Positions 9,346-19,179 of a stretch of DNA of 64,000 bases are shown one piece after another. The position numbers and the translations under genes are program-made. Where the stretch lies: positions 25,221-89,220 of the forward strand of contig CAMFNB010000001.1 in assembly GCA_945965275.1 (NCBI GenBank). Reading direction: 5' to 3'. Numbering within the stretch: the first letter of the stretch is position 1; each line of letters begins with the position of its first letter. The notes beneath the pieces are model-generated. The model was not told where the DNA came from and did no database searches. It saw nothing but the letters and a program-made list of their open reading frames with translations. Source of the stretch: an uncultured Clostridia bacterium (GTDB taxonomy: Bacteria; Bacillota; Clostridia; UBA1212; SIG427).

Positions 9346-10596
9346 ATGCAGAAAAAAATCCAGGCCATAAAAGAATATCTGTCAAAAGATTACCGACTGA
9401 TGTATCGTCCGTCAGGCGGAATACTCAATCATAAATTTCTCACCCCCGGAGCCTGCTACAGCGACTGCCTCTGGGACTGGGACTCATATTTTGCTGATGT
9501 GGCATTAAGACAGATTCTCCTCGAAAACGGCGAAGACACAAAAGAAGCCTCAGAATACGAAAAAGGAGGCATCCTAAACTTCCTTGAACACACCAACGAC
9601 GACGGCTTTATGCCCATAATGATTACCCGCGACATGACAGACGAAGGAATGATTCCGGTAAAATACCCGAACGAGAACATGCACAAGCCCGTAATTGCAC
9701 AGCATGCCGCATTTCTTGTAAAACAGGAAAACGGAAACGCCCACTGGCTTGCTCCGTATTTCGACAAACTTCGCAAATTCATAAACTGTTATTTAACCCG
9801 TCACACCCACATGGCCACAGGCCTTGTGTTCTGGCAAACCGACAATATGATCGGTGTCGATAATGATCCGTGCACATTTTACAGGCCGGACGGTTCATCC
9901 GCATCCATATTTTTAAACTGCCTTATGGTAAAAGAGCTTTCCGCCATGGCATATCTCGCAACCTGTTTAGGACGCGAAGAGGATGCCGCATATTATATAA
10001 AAGAACACGAGCGCCTGGCGACTGCAGTAAGAGAGCACTGCTATGATGAGCGGGACGGATTCTTTTACAGTGTTGATATTAATTTAAGACCGATTGATTC
10101 TTCCGAGTGGCTGCACTCCGGTGCCCCTCGCAACTGGGACTGCCTTATTCAGAGAATTGATTCATGGAGCGGCTTTGCCGCGCTCTGGGCCGGTGTTGCA
10201 ACAAAGGAGCAGGCAGAAAGAATTGCGACAAGGTTCGACGAAGAACAAACTTTCAACTGTGCCGGAGGCATTCGCACGCTTTCAAAACTCGAAAAGATTT
10301 ATCAGGTTGTTGCCTCAGGAAATCCTTCCTGCTGGCTGGGACCTGTCTGGATAATTTCAAACTATCTCACATTCAGGGGCTTACTCTGTTATGGCTTCAC
10401 CGAGCGGGCCCGGGAGCTTTGCGAAAAAACGATTAATCTTCTCGGTGAAGACGTAATCAAGAACGGCTGCATGCACGAGTACTATGATCCGGATACCTGC
10501 GAGCCCGTTATCAATGCCGGTTTCCTCAACTGGAACATGCTTGTTCTCAATATGGCGGCGTGGTATGAGGGCCGCGACTTCATTGAGGAATTCTGA
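9346..10596 (+). CDS. six-hairpin glycoside hydrolase (GH63/GH37 trehalase-like)
   Basis: Motif PGACYSDCLWDWDSYF resembles the trehalase/GH63 signature (PGGRFxExYxWDxY). Confidence 0.5.
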   Translation: MQKKIQAIKEYLSKDYRLMYRPSGGILNHKFLTPGACYSDCLWDWDSYFADVALRQILLENGEDTKEASEYEKGGILNFLEHTNDDGFMPIMITRDMTDEGMIPVKYPNENMHKPVIAQHAAFLVKQENGNAHWLAPYFDKLRKFINCYLTRHTHMATGLVFWQTDNMIGVDNDPCTFYRPDGSSASIFLNCLMVKELSAMAYLATCLGREEDAAYYIKEHERLATAVREHCYDERDGFFYSVDINLRPIDSSEWLHSGAPRNWDCLIQRIDSWSGFAALWAGVATKEQAERIATRFDEEQTFNCAGGIRTLSKLEKIYQVVASGNPSCWLGPVWIISNYLTFRGLLCYGFTERARELCEKTINLLGEDVIKNGCMHEYYDPDTCEPVINAGFLNWNMLVLNMAAWYEGRDFIEEF

Positions 10597-10714
10597 CATG
10601 TCCGTTTCAAAAAAACAAATGTTTTTTGCACTTTATCGCGGTAATGTATTAACAAACTAAAATCTTTGTGATATAATTCTCTCGTTTTTTACATATTATA
10701 TATAGGAGTATTTT

Positions 10715-12265
10715 ATGACTACTGCACTTTGGATTATTCTTGCAGCCATTGCACTTTATATGATCATAATGCTTGCAATCGGTTTCAAGTCAGCACAAAA
10801 AAATAAATCATCCAGTGACTTCTTCCTGGGAGGAAGAAAGCTTGGGCCTTTCGTAACTGCCATGAGCGCAGAAGCTTCCGACATGAGCGGATGGCTTCTG
10901 ATGGGACTTCCCGCTGTTGCAATGATGGGCGGTCTTGCAGAAGCAAGCTGGACTGCTATCGGTCTTGCCATCGGTACATACATCAACTGGCTCATCGTAG
11001 CTAAGAGACTTCGTGTATACAGCAGCAAGATTGATGCATTCACATTGCCTGACTTCTTCGCAAAAAGATTCGGTGACAGCAAACACATTCTCACAACTGT
11101 TGCTGCTTTGTTCATCATCATCTTCTTCATACCTTATACAGCATCAGGTTTCGCAGCCTGCGGTAAACTTTTCTCAACGCTGTTCGGCATTGACTACATG
11201 GTTGCCATGATTGTCAGTGCTGCAGTAATCATTCTTTACTGCACCTTCGGCGGTTTCCTTGCCGTATCAACAACAGACTTCATTCAGTCAATTGTAATGA
11301 CAATTGCACTCTTCGTGGTACTTGGTTTTACAGAAGGTATCACAAACGGTTTCGGAACCGTTTTCTCAAATGTTTCACAGCTTGACGGTTTCATGGATCT
11401 CTTCCGTGGCTATGACGTAGCAAGCGGAACAGCCGGTTCATACGGAGCTCTTCCTGTTGTGTCAACACTTGCATGGGGTCTCGGATACTTCGGCATGCCT
11501 CATATCCTTCTCAGATTCATGGCTATTGAAGACGAAAATAAACTTAAGACATCAAGAAGAGTTGCAAGCATCTGGGTTGTATTCTCAATGGGTATCGCAA
11601 TCACAATCGGTGTTGTGGGATATTCACTTATGCAGCAGGGTATTCTTCCCGTATATGAGAATGCATCAGCGGCTGAAACAATTATCGTAGACATCGCAAA
11701 ATATCTCAGCAAGTTCGGATGGATTCCTGCTTTTACAGGCGGTATCATCCTTGCAGGTATTCTTGCTTCAACAATGTCAACTGCAGACTCACAGCTCCTT
11801 GCGGCTGCGTCTTCAATTTCACAGAACCTTGTTCAGGAAACATTCAAGGTTAAGCTCAGCCAGAAGAAATCAATGGTTCTCGCAAGAGGATCAGTTATCA
11901 TAATTTCAATTATCGCGGTATTCCTTGCACGTGACCCAAGCAGCTCAGTATTCAGAATCGTATCATTTGCATGGGCAGGCTTCGGTGCTGCATTCGGACC
12001 GGTTATTCTCTGTGCTCTCTTCTGGAAACGCACAAACAAAATCGGTGCAATCGCAGGTATGATTTCCGGCGGTGCAATGGTATTCTTCTGGAAGTTCGTT
12101 ATCCGTTCTGCTTTTGCAGGATCTGTGCTTGATATCTACGAGCTTCTTCCGGCTTTCATTCTCGGACTCGTTGTTACAATCGTTGTAAGCCTTGTAACAA
12201 AAGCTCCTGACGAAAGTATCACAGCTGAATTTGAAGCCGTTAAAAAACAGCTTAAAGCTAAATAA
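10715..12265 (+). CDS. putP: sodium:solute symporter family transporter (PutP-like Na+/proline symporter)
   Basis: 516 aa, ~13 TM, N-terminus and SDMSGWLLMGLP region typical of SSS/PutP. Confidence 0.85.
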   Translation: MTTALWIILAAIALYMIIMLAIGFKSAQKNKSSSDFFLGGRKLGPFVTAMSAEASDMSGWLLMGLPAVAMMGGLAEASWTAIGLAIGTYINWLIVAKRLRVYSSKIDAFTLPDFFAKRFGDSKHILTTVAALFIIIFFIPYTASGFAACGKLFSTLFGIDYMVAMIVSAAVIILYCTFGGFLAVSTTDFIQSIVMTIALFVVLGFTEGITNGFGTVFSNVSQLDGFMDLFRGYDVASGTAGSYGALPVVSTLAWGLGYFGMPHILLRFMAIEDENKLKTSRRVASIWVVFSMGIAITIGVVGYSLMQQGILPVYENASAAETIIVDIAKYLSKFGWIPAFTGGIILAGILASTMSTADSQLLAAASSISQNLVQETFKVKLSQKKSMVLARGSVIIISIIAVFLARDPSSSVFRIVSFAWAGFGAAFGPVILCALFWKRTNKIGAIAGMISGGAMVFFWKFVIRSAFAGSVLDIYELLPAFILGLVVTIVVSLVTKAPDESITAEFEAVKKQLKAK

Positions 12266-12286
12266 GAAAAACAGCATATAATACCG

Positions 12287-12317
12287 AGAAGAGGGTTTCG
12301 GCCCTCTTCTTTTTTTG
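12287..12317 (+). terminator. rho-independent terminator after putP-like gene
   Basis: agaagaggg/ccctcttct 9-bp stem, 6-nt loop, followed by TTTTTT. Confidence 0.6.
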
Positions 12318-12509
12318 TGGAACAAAAACAAGCTGCACCTTTTAAGAGTGCAGCTTGTGAAATTTATGCCATATAAATATCTTTTATTTTTTTTGAGTTT
12401 GTTCTAAAAGTTTCTCATTTAATCTGCCAGAGAACATACAGCATATAAGTCAAGTCCTTTTTTGTGTGTAAATTCATCTTTCAGTTATTAACACTTCTTT
12501 CAACGAGCC

Positions 12510-13223
12510 TTACTCTTCCGTATACTCATGTGGGCGTTCTTTATAATCTTTAACTTTATACTCACCGATGGTATCATATTTGCTTGCTTTGGTTTCGGTT
12601 GGGGTGTCAGTTTCATTATCTTCACCGAGGATTGCATCGAAGAAGATGCGTTCAAGATATTCATATTTAGAATAGATACCTTGGGAAGCCCAAACGAGAG
12701 CGTTACGAACATAGGCGGAATTTGTTTTGAAAAGTTCGTGTTTAACTTCAAAGCCTAATGATTTTGCAAGAAGTACGGCGAACACAATAACCGTTCTTGT
12801 ATTGCCCTCGCGGAAGGGATGCGTCTGCCAAATACTTGCAATAATACGAACAAGTTTGAAAACTATATCCTTATCATTATCGCCGTTTTTTTTGAGTTTA
12901 GCGATTTCTTTCATTGTTTCATTCAGTTGCTTCTTTATTTCTTTAGGATAAGCATAACGAACAGTATCACCGCCAAGAACATCTTCGTATTTAACCATTT
13001 GTATAGTGCGGAATTCTCCTGCCCAATCAAATATTTGGCCAAATATATTTCTATGAATATCGCACAATGTCTCTGTATTGAATTTTTCATATTTTTGCTC
13101 GTAAATCGCAGACATAGCAAGATTAGTTATATCAGCCTCGGCTTTACGAAGCAATTCTGCATCTTTAATTTCGGCTCTGTTTTTTAACACCGAAACATCA
13201 TCATATAAATAAGGATCTCTCAT
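12510..13223 (-). CDS. Fic family protein (short Fic, E. coli Fic-like N-terminus RDPYLY)
   Basis: Fic motif variant HPFREGNTR (canonical HPFx[DE]GNGRxxR); N-terminus MRDPYLYDDVSVLKNR like E. coli Fic. Confidence 0.8.
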   Translation of the reverse strand: MRDPYLYDDVSVLKNRAEIKDAELLRKAEADITNLAMSAIYEQKYEKFNTETLCDIHRNIFGQIFDWAGEFRTIQMVKYEDVLGGDTVRYAYPKEIKKQLNETMKEIAKLKKNGDNDKDIVFKLVRIIASIWQTHPFREGNTRTVIVFAVLLAKSLGFEVKHELFKTNSAYVRNALVWASQGIYSKYEYLERIFFDAILGEDNETDTPTETKASKYDTIGEYKVKDYKERPHEYTEE

Positions 13224-13750
13224 TATCTTATCTCCACAGGAAAGCCATATCTTTTTAAGGTGTTTTCAAACACAGATAAAAATGTCTGTGTTCCATTCTT
13301 CCATGCATCAATTTCCGCACCAGTTTCTTTGCTTACAGGAACTCCTTCTATTGCATTCATTGCATAAGCAAATGACGAACAAGTTTCTTTCTCTTTCAAA
13401 GATAAGGAGTCCATTCCTGAGCTTAGTTTATACATTGTCAGATGACAGTATAAGTTTTTATCAATCAACTTTGCAGCTTGCTCAAGTTGCAATAATCTAT
13501 TTTTTATTTCAGATAATTCTTCAATTATTATTTTTCGCTTTTCGATTTTGTTTAAAATTTCTCCGAGTTCATCGCACCTTAAATACGAACTAACTATCTT
13601 GGCTCCATCGCGTCTTTGGAGATAATACTGTGTATTACCTTTAATTACTTTTTTAGAAATATAGCCAACAGGCAAAGAGAGTATTTCTTCCTCTAATTGT
13701 TGCTTTTTATTGATAAGCATATGATATTCTTTCGCTACTGACATCATCAT
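13223..13750 (-). CDS. Fic-partner protein (Fic_N / antitoxin-like, AIEG helix), translationally coupled to Fic
   Basis: Stop TAA overlaps Fic ATG (TAATG); GGAGG RBS before internal Met (MMMSV...); motif AMNAIEGV resembles the SxAIEGN inhibitory-helix motif. Confidence 0.5.
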   Translation of the reverse strand: MMMSVAKEYHMLINKKQQLEEEILSLPVGYISKKVIKGNTQYYLQRRDGAKIVSSYLRCDELGEILNKIEKRKIIIEELSEIKNRLLQLEQAAKLIDKNLYCHLTMYKLSSGMDSLSLKEKETCSSFAYAMNAIEGVPVSKETGAEIDAWKNGTQTFLSVFENTLKRYGFPVEIR

Positions 13751-14054
13751 ACCTATACCTCCATTTATCATTATTAATATTATATTACCAATTAACCTAC
13801 AAGTCAATATGTTTTAACTGTTCTGTAGGTTATCCAATCTCAGTTAAAATATTCGTCAAAAACAAAAAAACAAATAAAAATATCCGGATTTAGTAATGCA
13901 CTAAACCCGGCCATTTTTAATTAAGCATATATTAATTCTGTATATAACTTTATTTGCACTTAGTTTGATATTATTCTTTCCGCAAACCCATTCCAATTGA
14001 TTTTCTGCCTTGAGTTGTTCGGTGATGCTTTGCTTTTGCTTTTTACCGATAAAA

Positions 14055-15362
14055 TTAATCGTGAAGCTTTCTTCTGTCGATAACACGAACGGCCTTGCCT
14101 TCGCTTCTCTGGATTGTCTTCGGATTTACAAGGTGAACCTTTGGTCCGATTCCGAGCATTGTACGCATAGCTGCCTCAAGTGCCTTCTCCTTAGCCTGAA
14201 TATCTGATGTTACATCAGAGAACTGCTCAGGTGTAAGCTCAACATTAACATCAAGAGTATCAGTATTGTTTACACGGTCAACTTCGATGAGGTAGTTAGC
14301 TGAGTAGCCTTCATTAAGAAGAACTGCTTCAATCTGTGACGGGAATACATTTACACCACGAATGATGAGCATATCGTCGCTTCGTCCCATCGGCTTTGAC
14401 ATTTTAACATGTGTTCTGCCGCATGAGCATGGCTTACGTGTAAGTACGCAGATATCTCTTGTTCTGTAACGAAGAAGCGGGAATGCTTCTTTATCGAGGG
14501 ATGTAAATACAAGCTCACCCTTTGATCCTTCAGGGAGAACCTCTCCTGTTTCAGGGTCAATGATTTCTGCATAGAAGTGATCTTCGTTGATGTGCATGCC
14601 TGTCTGTTCTTCACACTCAAATGATACTCCGGGGCCGGAGGTCTCAGTGAGACCATAGATGTCGTATGCTTTGATTCCGAGACTTGCTTCAATGTCTCTT
14701 CTCATTTCTTCTGTCCAAGGCTCAGCACCGAAGATACCTGCCTTAAGTTTATTGTCTTCCGGCTTGTATCCCTTTTCTTTAAGAGTCTCACCGATATATG
14801 CAGCATATGAAGGAGTACAGCAAATGATTGTTGAACCGAGGTCCATCATAAACTGAATCTGTCTTTCAGTGTTGCCTGATGACATCGGAAGAGTAAGGCA
14901 TCCTACCTTGTGTGAACCGCCGTTAAGTCCGGGGCCGCCTGTAAAAAGTCCGTAGCCGTAACATACCTGACATACATCTTCATTTGTTCCGCCTGCCGCA
15001 ACAATGGCTCTTGCACAGCATTCTTCCCAAAGGTCGATATCATTCTGCGTGTAGAAAGCAACGACTCTCTTACCTGTTGTTCCCGATGTTGACTGAATGC
15101 GTACACAGTTCTTAAGATCTGTGCCGAGCAATCCGTAAGGATATGCTTCACGTAAGTCATTCTTTGTAAGGAAAGGTAACTTTTTAATGTCGTCAACTGA
15201 TTTGATGTCGTCAGGCGTAACGCCCTTTTCGTCCATCAGCTTCTTGTAGTAAGGCACATTCTCGTAAACATGCTTTACCTGTTTAACGATTTTCTCGTTC
15301 TGGATTCTGAGAATTTCTTCCCGTGATGCGGTTTCAATCTCAGGCTGGTAATAATTTGCCAC
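14055..15362 (-). CDS. paaK: phenylacetate-CoA ligase
   Basis: Full-length similarity pattern to PaaK (N-terminus ...ETASREEILRIQNEKIVKQVKHVYENVPYYKKLMDEKGV...). Confidence 0.85.
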   Translation of the reverse strand: MANYYQPEIETASREEILRIQNEKIVKQVKHVYENVPYYKKLMDEKGVTPDDIKSVDDIKKLPFLTKNDLREAYPYGLLGTDLKNCVRIQSTSGTTGKRVVAFYTQNDIDLWEECCARAIVAAGGTNEDVCQVCYGYGLFTGGPGLNGGSHKVGCLTLPMSSGNTERQIQFMMDLGSTIICCTPSYAAYIGETLKEKGYKPEDNKLKAGIFGAEPWTEEMRRDIEASLGIKAYDIYGLTETSGPGVSFECEEQTGMHINEDHFYAEIIDPETGEVLPEGSKGELVFTSLDKEAFPLLRYRTRDICVLTRKPCSCGRTHVKMSKPMGRSDDMLIIRGVNVFPSQIEAVLLNEGYSANYLIEVDRVNNTDTLDVNVELTPEQFSDVTSDIQAKEKALEAAMRTMLGIGPKVHLVNPKTIQRSEGKAVRVIDRRKLHD

Positions 15363-15584
15363 GAATCTTTCACTCCCTTTTTATTTTCTCTCTGATTTTG
15401 TTTAAATTAAATAAACACGATGCACTTTAGTGAAATAAAGTTAAGAATTATTTTACCATAAAAGTGCTGAGAAAAAAAGACAGGAAAAAGAAAAACCGAC
15501 ATCTGCAGGCAGCAAATGCCGGTCCTCCCGGAGCCTAAAAGAAAGGTGCAAAAACGGCTCCTGTCAAATAAGAAAGGGGTAAAA

Positions 15585-16478
15585 CTATGACCGTAGTCTC
15601 TTTTGTATTTCACTGACTCGTGCCTCTTCGACAGCAGTCAGCTTGTTCGTATAAGGGCTGTAATCCAAATGGTAATAACTTGTGGTTATTTCATCACCGA
15701 TCTCTTCGTCCGGATAAACCAGCCATCCCTCTAAACACATGTCGGAATTACAGCCGAGTTTTGTGTATTCATCTTTTTCTTCTTTTGTAAGTATCGGTTT
15801 GCCTTTTACGACAAACATGGATTCCTTCATGCCTGCCAGCCAGATAAGATCTCCCGGCTTGTAAGCCGTGGGAAAATCAAACCACATATTCCAAAAGGAT
15901 TCTCTGTAACTTTCAGTATCGCTGTCATATGTGTGGGTGTTTATCAGCCTATTTTCTCTGTCAAATACGAGCTGACCGATTGGCCTTTTATCAGGCTTCA
16001 TCTTATATATCATAAGTTCGTCTTTTTTTCTGTCTTTTTCAAACTCCATTGCTTTTTCAAATGAAGTGAACACACAGCAGCTTGCGGAAGTTGTGTAAAC
16101 ATACTCGGGGTCAAATCGACAAAACTCTTTTATGTCTTCGTTGATGCTTCGCATATATGCCTTCAGAAATTCAAATACCGTTCGCTTTCCTGTCACAGCT
16201 GCAAGCGGAGGCATGACTTCATCAGAAAGAGTATCCATAAGTTCAGCCCAGGCATCAAATCTTTCCTGCAGAGTAAGACCCTGTGCATGCCGAATAAGGT
16301 AAACAGCCTCAAGTGTGCTGAAGTCATAATTCACACAGCTCTCATAGTATGTACGTATATACGGAATGTTGATGTATTTAATTAAACTCTTTTTAAATTC
16401 GGAAATACTTATTGCGTCTTTCATAATAGGTTGCCGGGGACCCCTGATTGGAGGTTGCGGGATCCCCGCCTTTCTCAT
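15585..16478 (-). CDS. hypothetical protein, third gene of AAA+ operon
   Basis: ATG overlaps stop of upstream AAA+ gene (TGATG coupling). Confidence 0.5.
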   Translation of the reverse strand: MRKAGIPQPPIRGPRQPIMKDAISISEFKKSLIKYINIPYIRTYYESCVNYDFSTLEAVYLIRHAQGLTLQERFDAWAELMDTLSDEVMPPLAAVTGKRTVFEFLKAYMRSINEDIKEFCRFDPEYVYTTSASCCVFTSFEKAMEFEKDRKKDELMIYKMKPDKRPIGQLVFDRENRLINTHTYDSDTESYRESFWNMWFDFPTAYKPGDLIWLAGMKESMFVVKGKPILTKEEKDEYTKLGCNSDMCLEGWLVYPDEEIGDEITTSYYHLDYSPYTNKLTAVEEARVSEIQKRLRS

Positions 16479-18496
16479 CAGCAGAAGCCGATGCTCTTTC
16501 TGTTGTTACCGCATCCGATTACCGGTGCTTCAATATCCACCGCACGAATTGTTTTCACATCTTCGTCAGTAACGGAATCGTAATCCATATGAACCAATCT
16601 TGTTGCCTGTGCCAGCTTAGCCTTTTCCAAAATATTACGAACATAACGTCCGTTGCCGAAGTCAGTCTGTGCACGTGCCGCTTCAAAAATTCCTGTGAGT
16701 TTTACACAGGCTTCGTCATCAAGTCTGATTGACTTTTTACCGGCCATAAGCTTTGCAATGTCACAAAGGTCTTTGGCTGTGTAATCCTTGAAAGGAATGT
16801 GGAATGCAATTCTTGAACGAAGGCCCGGATTCTTTTGGAGAAACTGTTCCATCTTGTCAGGGTATCCCGCAAAAATGACAACAACGTCATTTCTGTGATT
16901 TTCCATTTCCTGAACAATGGTGTTGATAGCCTCGTCACCGAATGAACCGCTTCTGTCGTCGACCAGTGAATACGCCTCATCAATGAAAAGAACTCCGCCT
17001 CTGGCTTCCTTGAATTTCTTTTGAATTGTAGGTGCTGTCCATCCGACATATTTGCCTACAAGGTCACCACGGCCCACCTCAACAATGTGACCATACTCGA
17101 GAATCTTGTTCTCTCTCATAATTCTTGCGAAGAGTCTTGCCACGGTTGTCTTTGCAGTTCCCGGATTACCGGTAAAAATCATATGCATTGCGCCTTCTTC
17201 AGTATCAAGTCCTCTGTCAGCAAACATCTTCTTGGCCTTGAAAAAATCAAGTGCCTGGTTGATGACTTTCTTGGCATCCTCGATACCAATCATATTCATA
17301 AGCTCATCATATGCAGAACCCTTTGCCTGTTCTTTTGCAATTGTTTTCTTTGTGCTTTCAACCATCTTGTATTCAGGATAATATTTGTTCTTGATTTTCA
17401 TATCCTGCCAACGGGTGAAAAGACTGACAAGATCGGGACCGTAATAGTCCTTACCCTCTTCCACAGATTCAAATAATTTCTTGTCCGGTTTGATGTTGTT
17501 TTCTTTCGCAAGATATTTAAGATAATCACGTGCCTTCTCTCCGGACGCAGCTTCCTCCGTAATATGCACAAAGCTGATGTTCGAAAGATATTCGTTGAAG
17601 ATTGACTTGAGATTTGTGCAGGCCTTAGGCAGACAGAGAACGGTAAGAACCCTGTTGCGATTCTTATTCATAAAATTTGCAATCATTTCAACTAATTCTC
17701 TTGATGCGTCTGCAGTGTCATCTTCTGAATCTGCATCATAATCAAACCTGAGTACAACAGTACCGCCCGCGTTGCTTTCGTAAACAGCAGCAAGACCCCT
17801 CTGCGGAATGTTATTATCCTCGTTAACATCAATAAACGCATATCTTTTGTTTTCGATTCTGTTGTTCGCGTGGAGTGCTCTTAAGATATTCTTATATGTT
17901 TCTCTGCGACAGTCTCTGTCGTCCGTTTCAATAATGTAGTGTACGGGATGTCCGACAAAATGTCCTTTTCTTTTTACAGAATAGATTCTTTCAATTTCGG
18001 GAAGCAAAGACTGGTTTGTAAAAAGTCTCTGGGCCGCAAGCTGCAAAGATTCCTTCGAATAATCGTCAATAATGTTCTCAGAATAAGGGAAGCGAGGTCC
18101 GAATCTTCTGTTGATAAGAAAGTCAAGATTAAAGAAATTAATGACCTCATCTTCATCGTCTAAGATTTCCATTCTGTTTGCTCTTCTGAGATTTGCTTCA
18201 GTTGCTTCGAGGAGGATCTCATCCTCTGACTCTGCAAGCAATTCAAGTCCGAGTGCTTTTACATACGAATGAAAAAGCTTCTCCGGTGAAATCTTTGAAC
18301 GAATAATTGCAGTAAACTGTGCTTCGTTATGCTTTGCACCTGTGAGACAGATAAAATCATCAGGCTTGAGTCTGTTATTAAACTCTGCAGTAATATCCGC
18401 AATATCGTGACAGTAAATTCTGAAAGCTTCTCTGTCGTTGTATCTTTTATCCCACTCTTCATTTTTTATAACAGCATTAAATTCAAATAATTTCAT
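16478..18496 (-). CDS. SpoVK/CbxX-CfxQ-type AAA+ ATPase with ~400-aa N-terminal extension of unknown function
   Basis: C-terminal half aligns by eye with B. subtilis SpoVK (FTGNPGTAKTTVARL...GGVLFIDEAYSL...GYPDKMEQFL...GLRSRI...ANGRYVRNI). Confidence 0.8.
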   Translation of the reverse strand: MKLFEFNAVIKNEEWDKRYNDREAFRIYCHDIADITAEFNNRLKPDDFICLTGAKHNEAQFTAIIRSKISPEKLFHSYVKALGLELLAESEDEILLEATEANLRRANRMEILDDEDEVINFFNLDFLINRRFGPRFPYSENIIDDYSKESLQLAAQRLFTNQSLLPEIERIYSVKRKGHFVGHPVHYIIETDDRDCRRETYKNILRALHANNRIENKRYAFIDVNEDNNIPQRGLAAVYESNAGGTVVLRFDYDADSEDDTADASRELVEMIANFMNKNRNRVLTVLCLPKACTNLKSIFNEYLSNISFVHITEEAASGEKARDYLKYLAKENNIKPDKKLFESVEEGKDYYGPDLVSLFTRWQDMKIKNKYYPEYKMVESTKKTIAKEQAKGSAYDELMNMIGIEDAKKVINQALDFFKAKKMFADRGLDTEEGAMHMIFTGNPGTAKTTVARLFARIMRENKILEYGHIVEVGRGDLVGKYVGWTAPTIQKKFKEARGGVLFIDEAYSLVDDRSGSFGDEAINTIVQEMENHRNDVVVIFAGYPDKMEQFLQKNPGLRSRIAFHIPFKDYTAKDLCDIAKLMAGKKSIRLDDEACVKLTGIFEAARAQTDFGNGRYVRNILEKAKLAQATRLVHMDYDSVTDEDVKTIRAVDIEAPVIGCGNNRKSIGFC

Positions 18497-18526
18497 ATAG
18501 TCTTACCTTTCTGTAAAAACTCAGTT

Positions 18527-19051
18527 TCACGCACACTCACCGCTGTAGTATGCTCTGTCATCAGCAATATCTTCTTTAATCAGTTCAATTTTGTTTTCAA
18601 CCCAATCAATAACAGTTCTCTGCAGGGTTGAACCCTCAAACCTTACATAGTTCTTGTTTGCATATTCAGCTTTTACTCTGCCTGCCCTATCAACATAGTC
18701 AAGCGGTATTATGTTATATGCAGCCTTGCCAATGTCACCACAGTAAAGCAATGTTGCCACAGTGCCTTTAATGTCAATAACATCCCAGTCTTCTTCTATA
18801 AAGTTAAGTGGTTGTCCCACTTCAATCATCTCAGCCGTCGAGCCGAGGTCAACCCTGATAACAGGGCGTACGTATTTTCTTGTTGTAACATCTTGTCTGC
18901 TGTCTCTGCAGTCACCGTACTTTCTTACGGGCCCCAAAGAAGGTCTGCACCAAAAATCAATTGCACCGTTTTCCAGAATCTCTTCCGGAAGCTTGTTCTT
19001 TTCTTCAGCAGTTAAAACAGTTATTTCTAAAATAGAATCAAAATTAAACAT
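18527..19051 (-). CDS. hypothetical protein, first gene of AAA+ operon
   Basis: ORF 30 nt upstream of AAA+ gene, same strand. Confidence 0.5.
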   Translation of the reverse strand: MFNFDSILEITVLTAEEKNKLPEEILENGAIDFWCRPSLGPVRKYGDCRDSRQDVTTRKYVRPVIRVDLGSTAEMIEVGQPLNFIEEDWDVIDIKGTVATLLYCGDIGKAAYNIIPLDYVDRAGRVKAEYANKNYVRFEGSTLQRTVIDWVENKIELIKEDIADDRAYYSGECA

Positions 19052-19179
19052 AATCTTTAAGGCCCTTTCTTTATAAATTATTCAATAATTGAACAGGCTT
19101 AATGTATCATTGTATTTGTCCCTGATTAGGGACATTTTCTTCGCTGCCTGTCTTTTTCGAAGAAAATCTTTGTTGTATA

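Noticed and set aside
10756-11130. Antisense ORFs (124 aa, 92 aa, 82 aa etc.) inside the putP-like gene
   Set aside because: Fully embedded on the opposite strand of a confidently identified transporter gene; low-complexity translations; typical shadow ORFs
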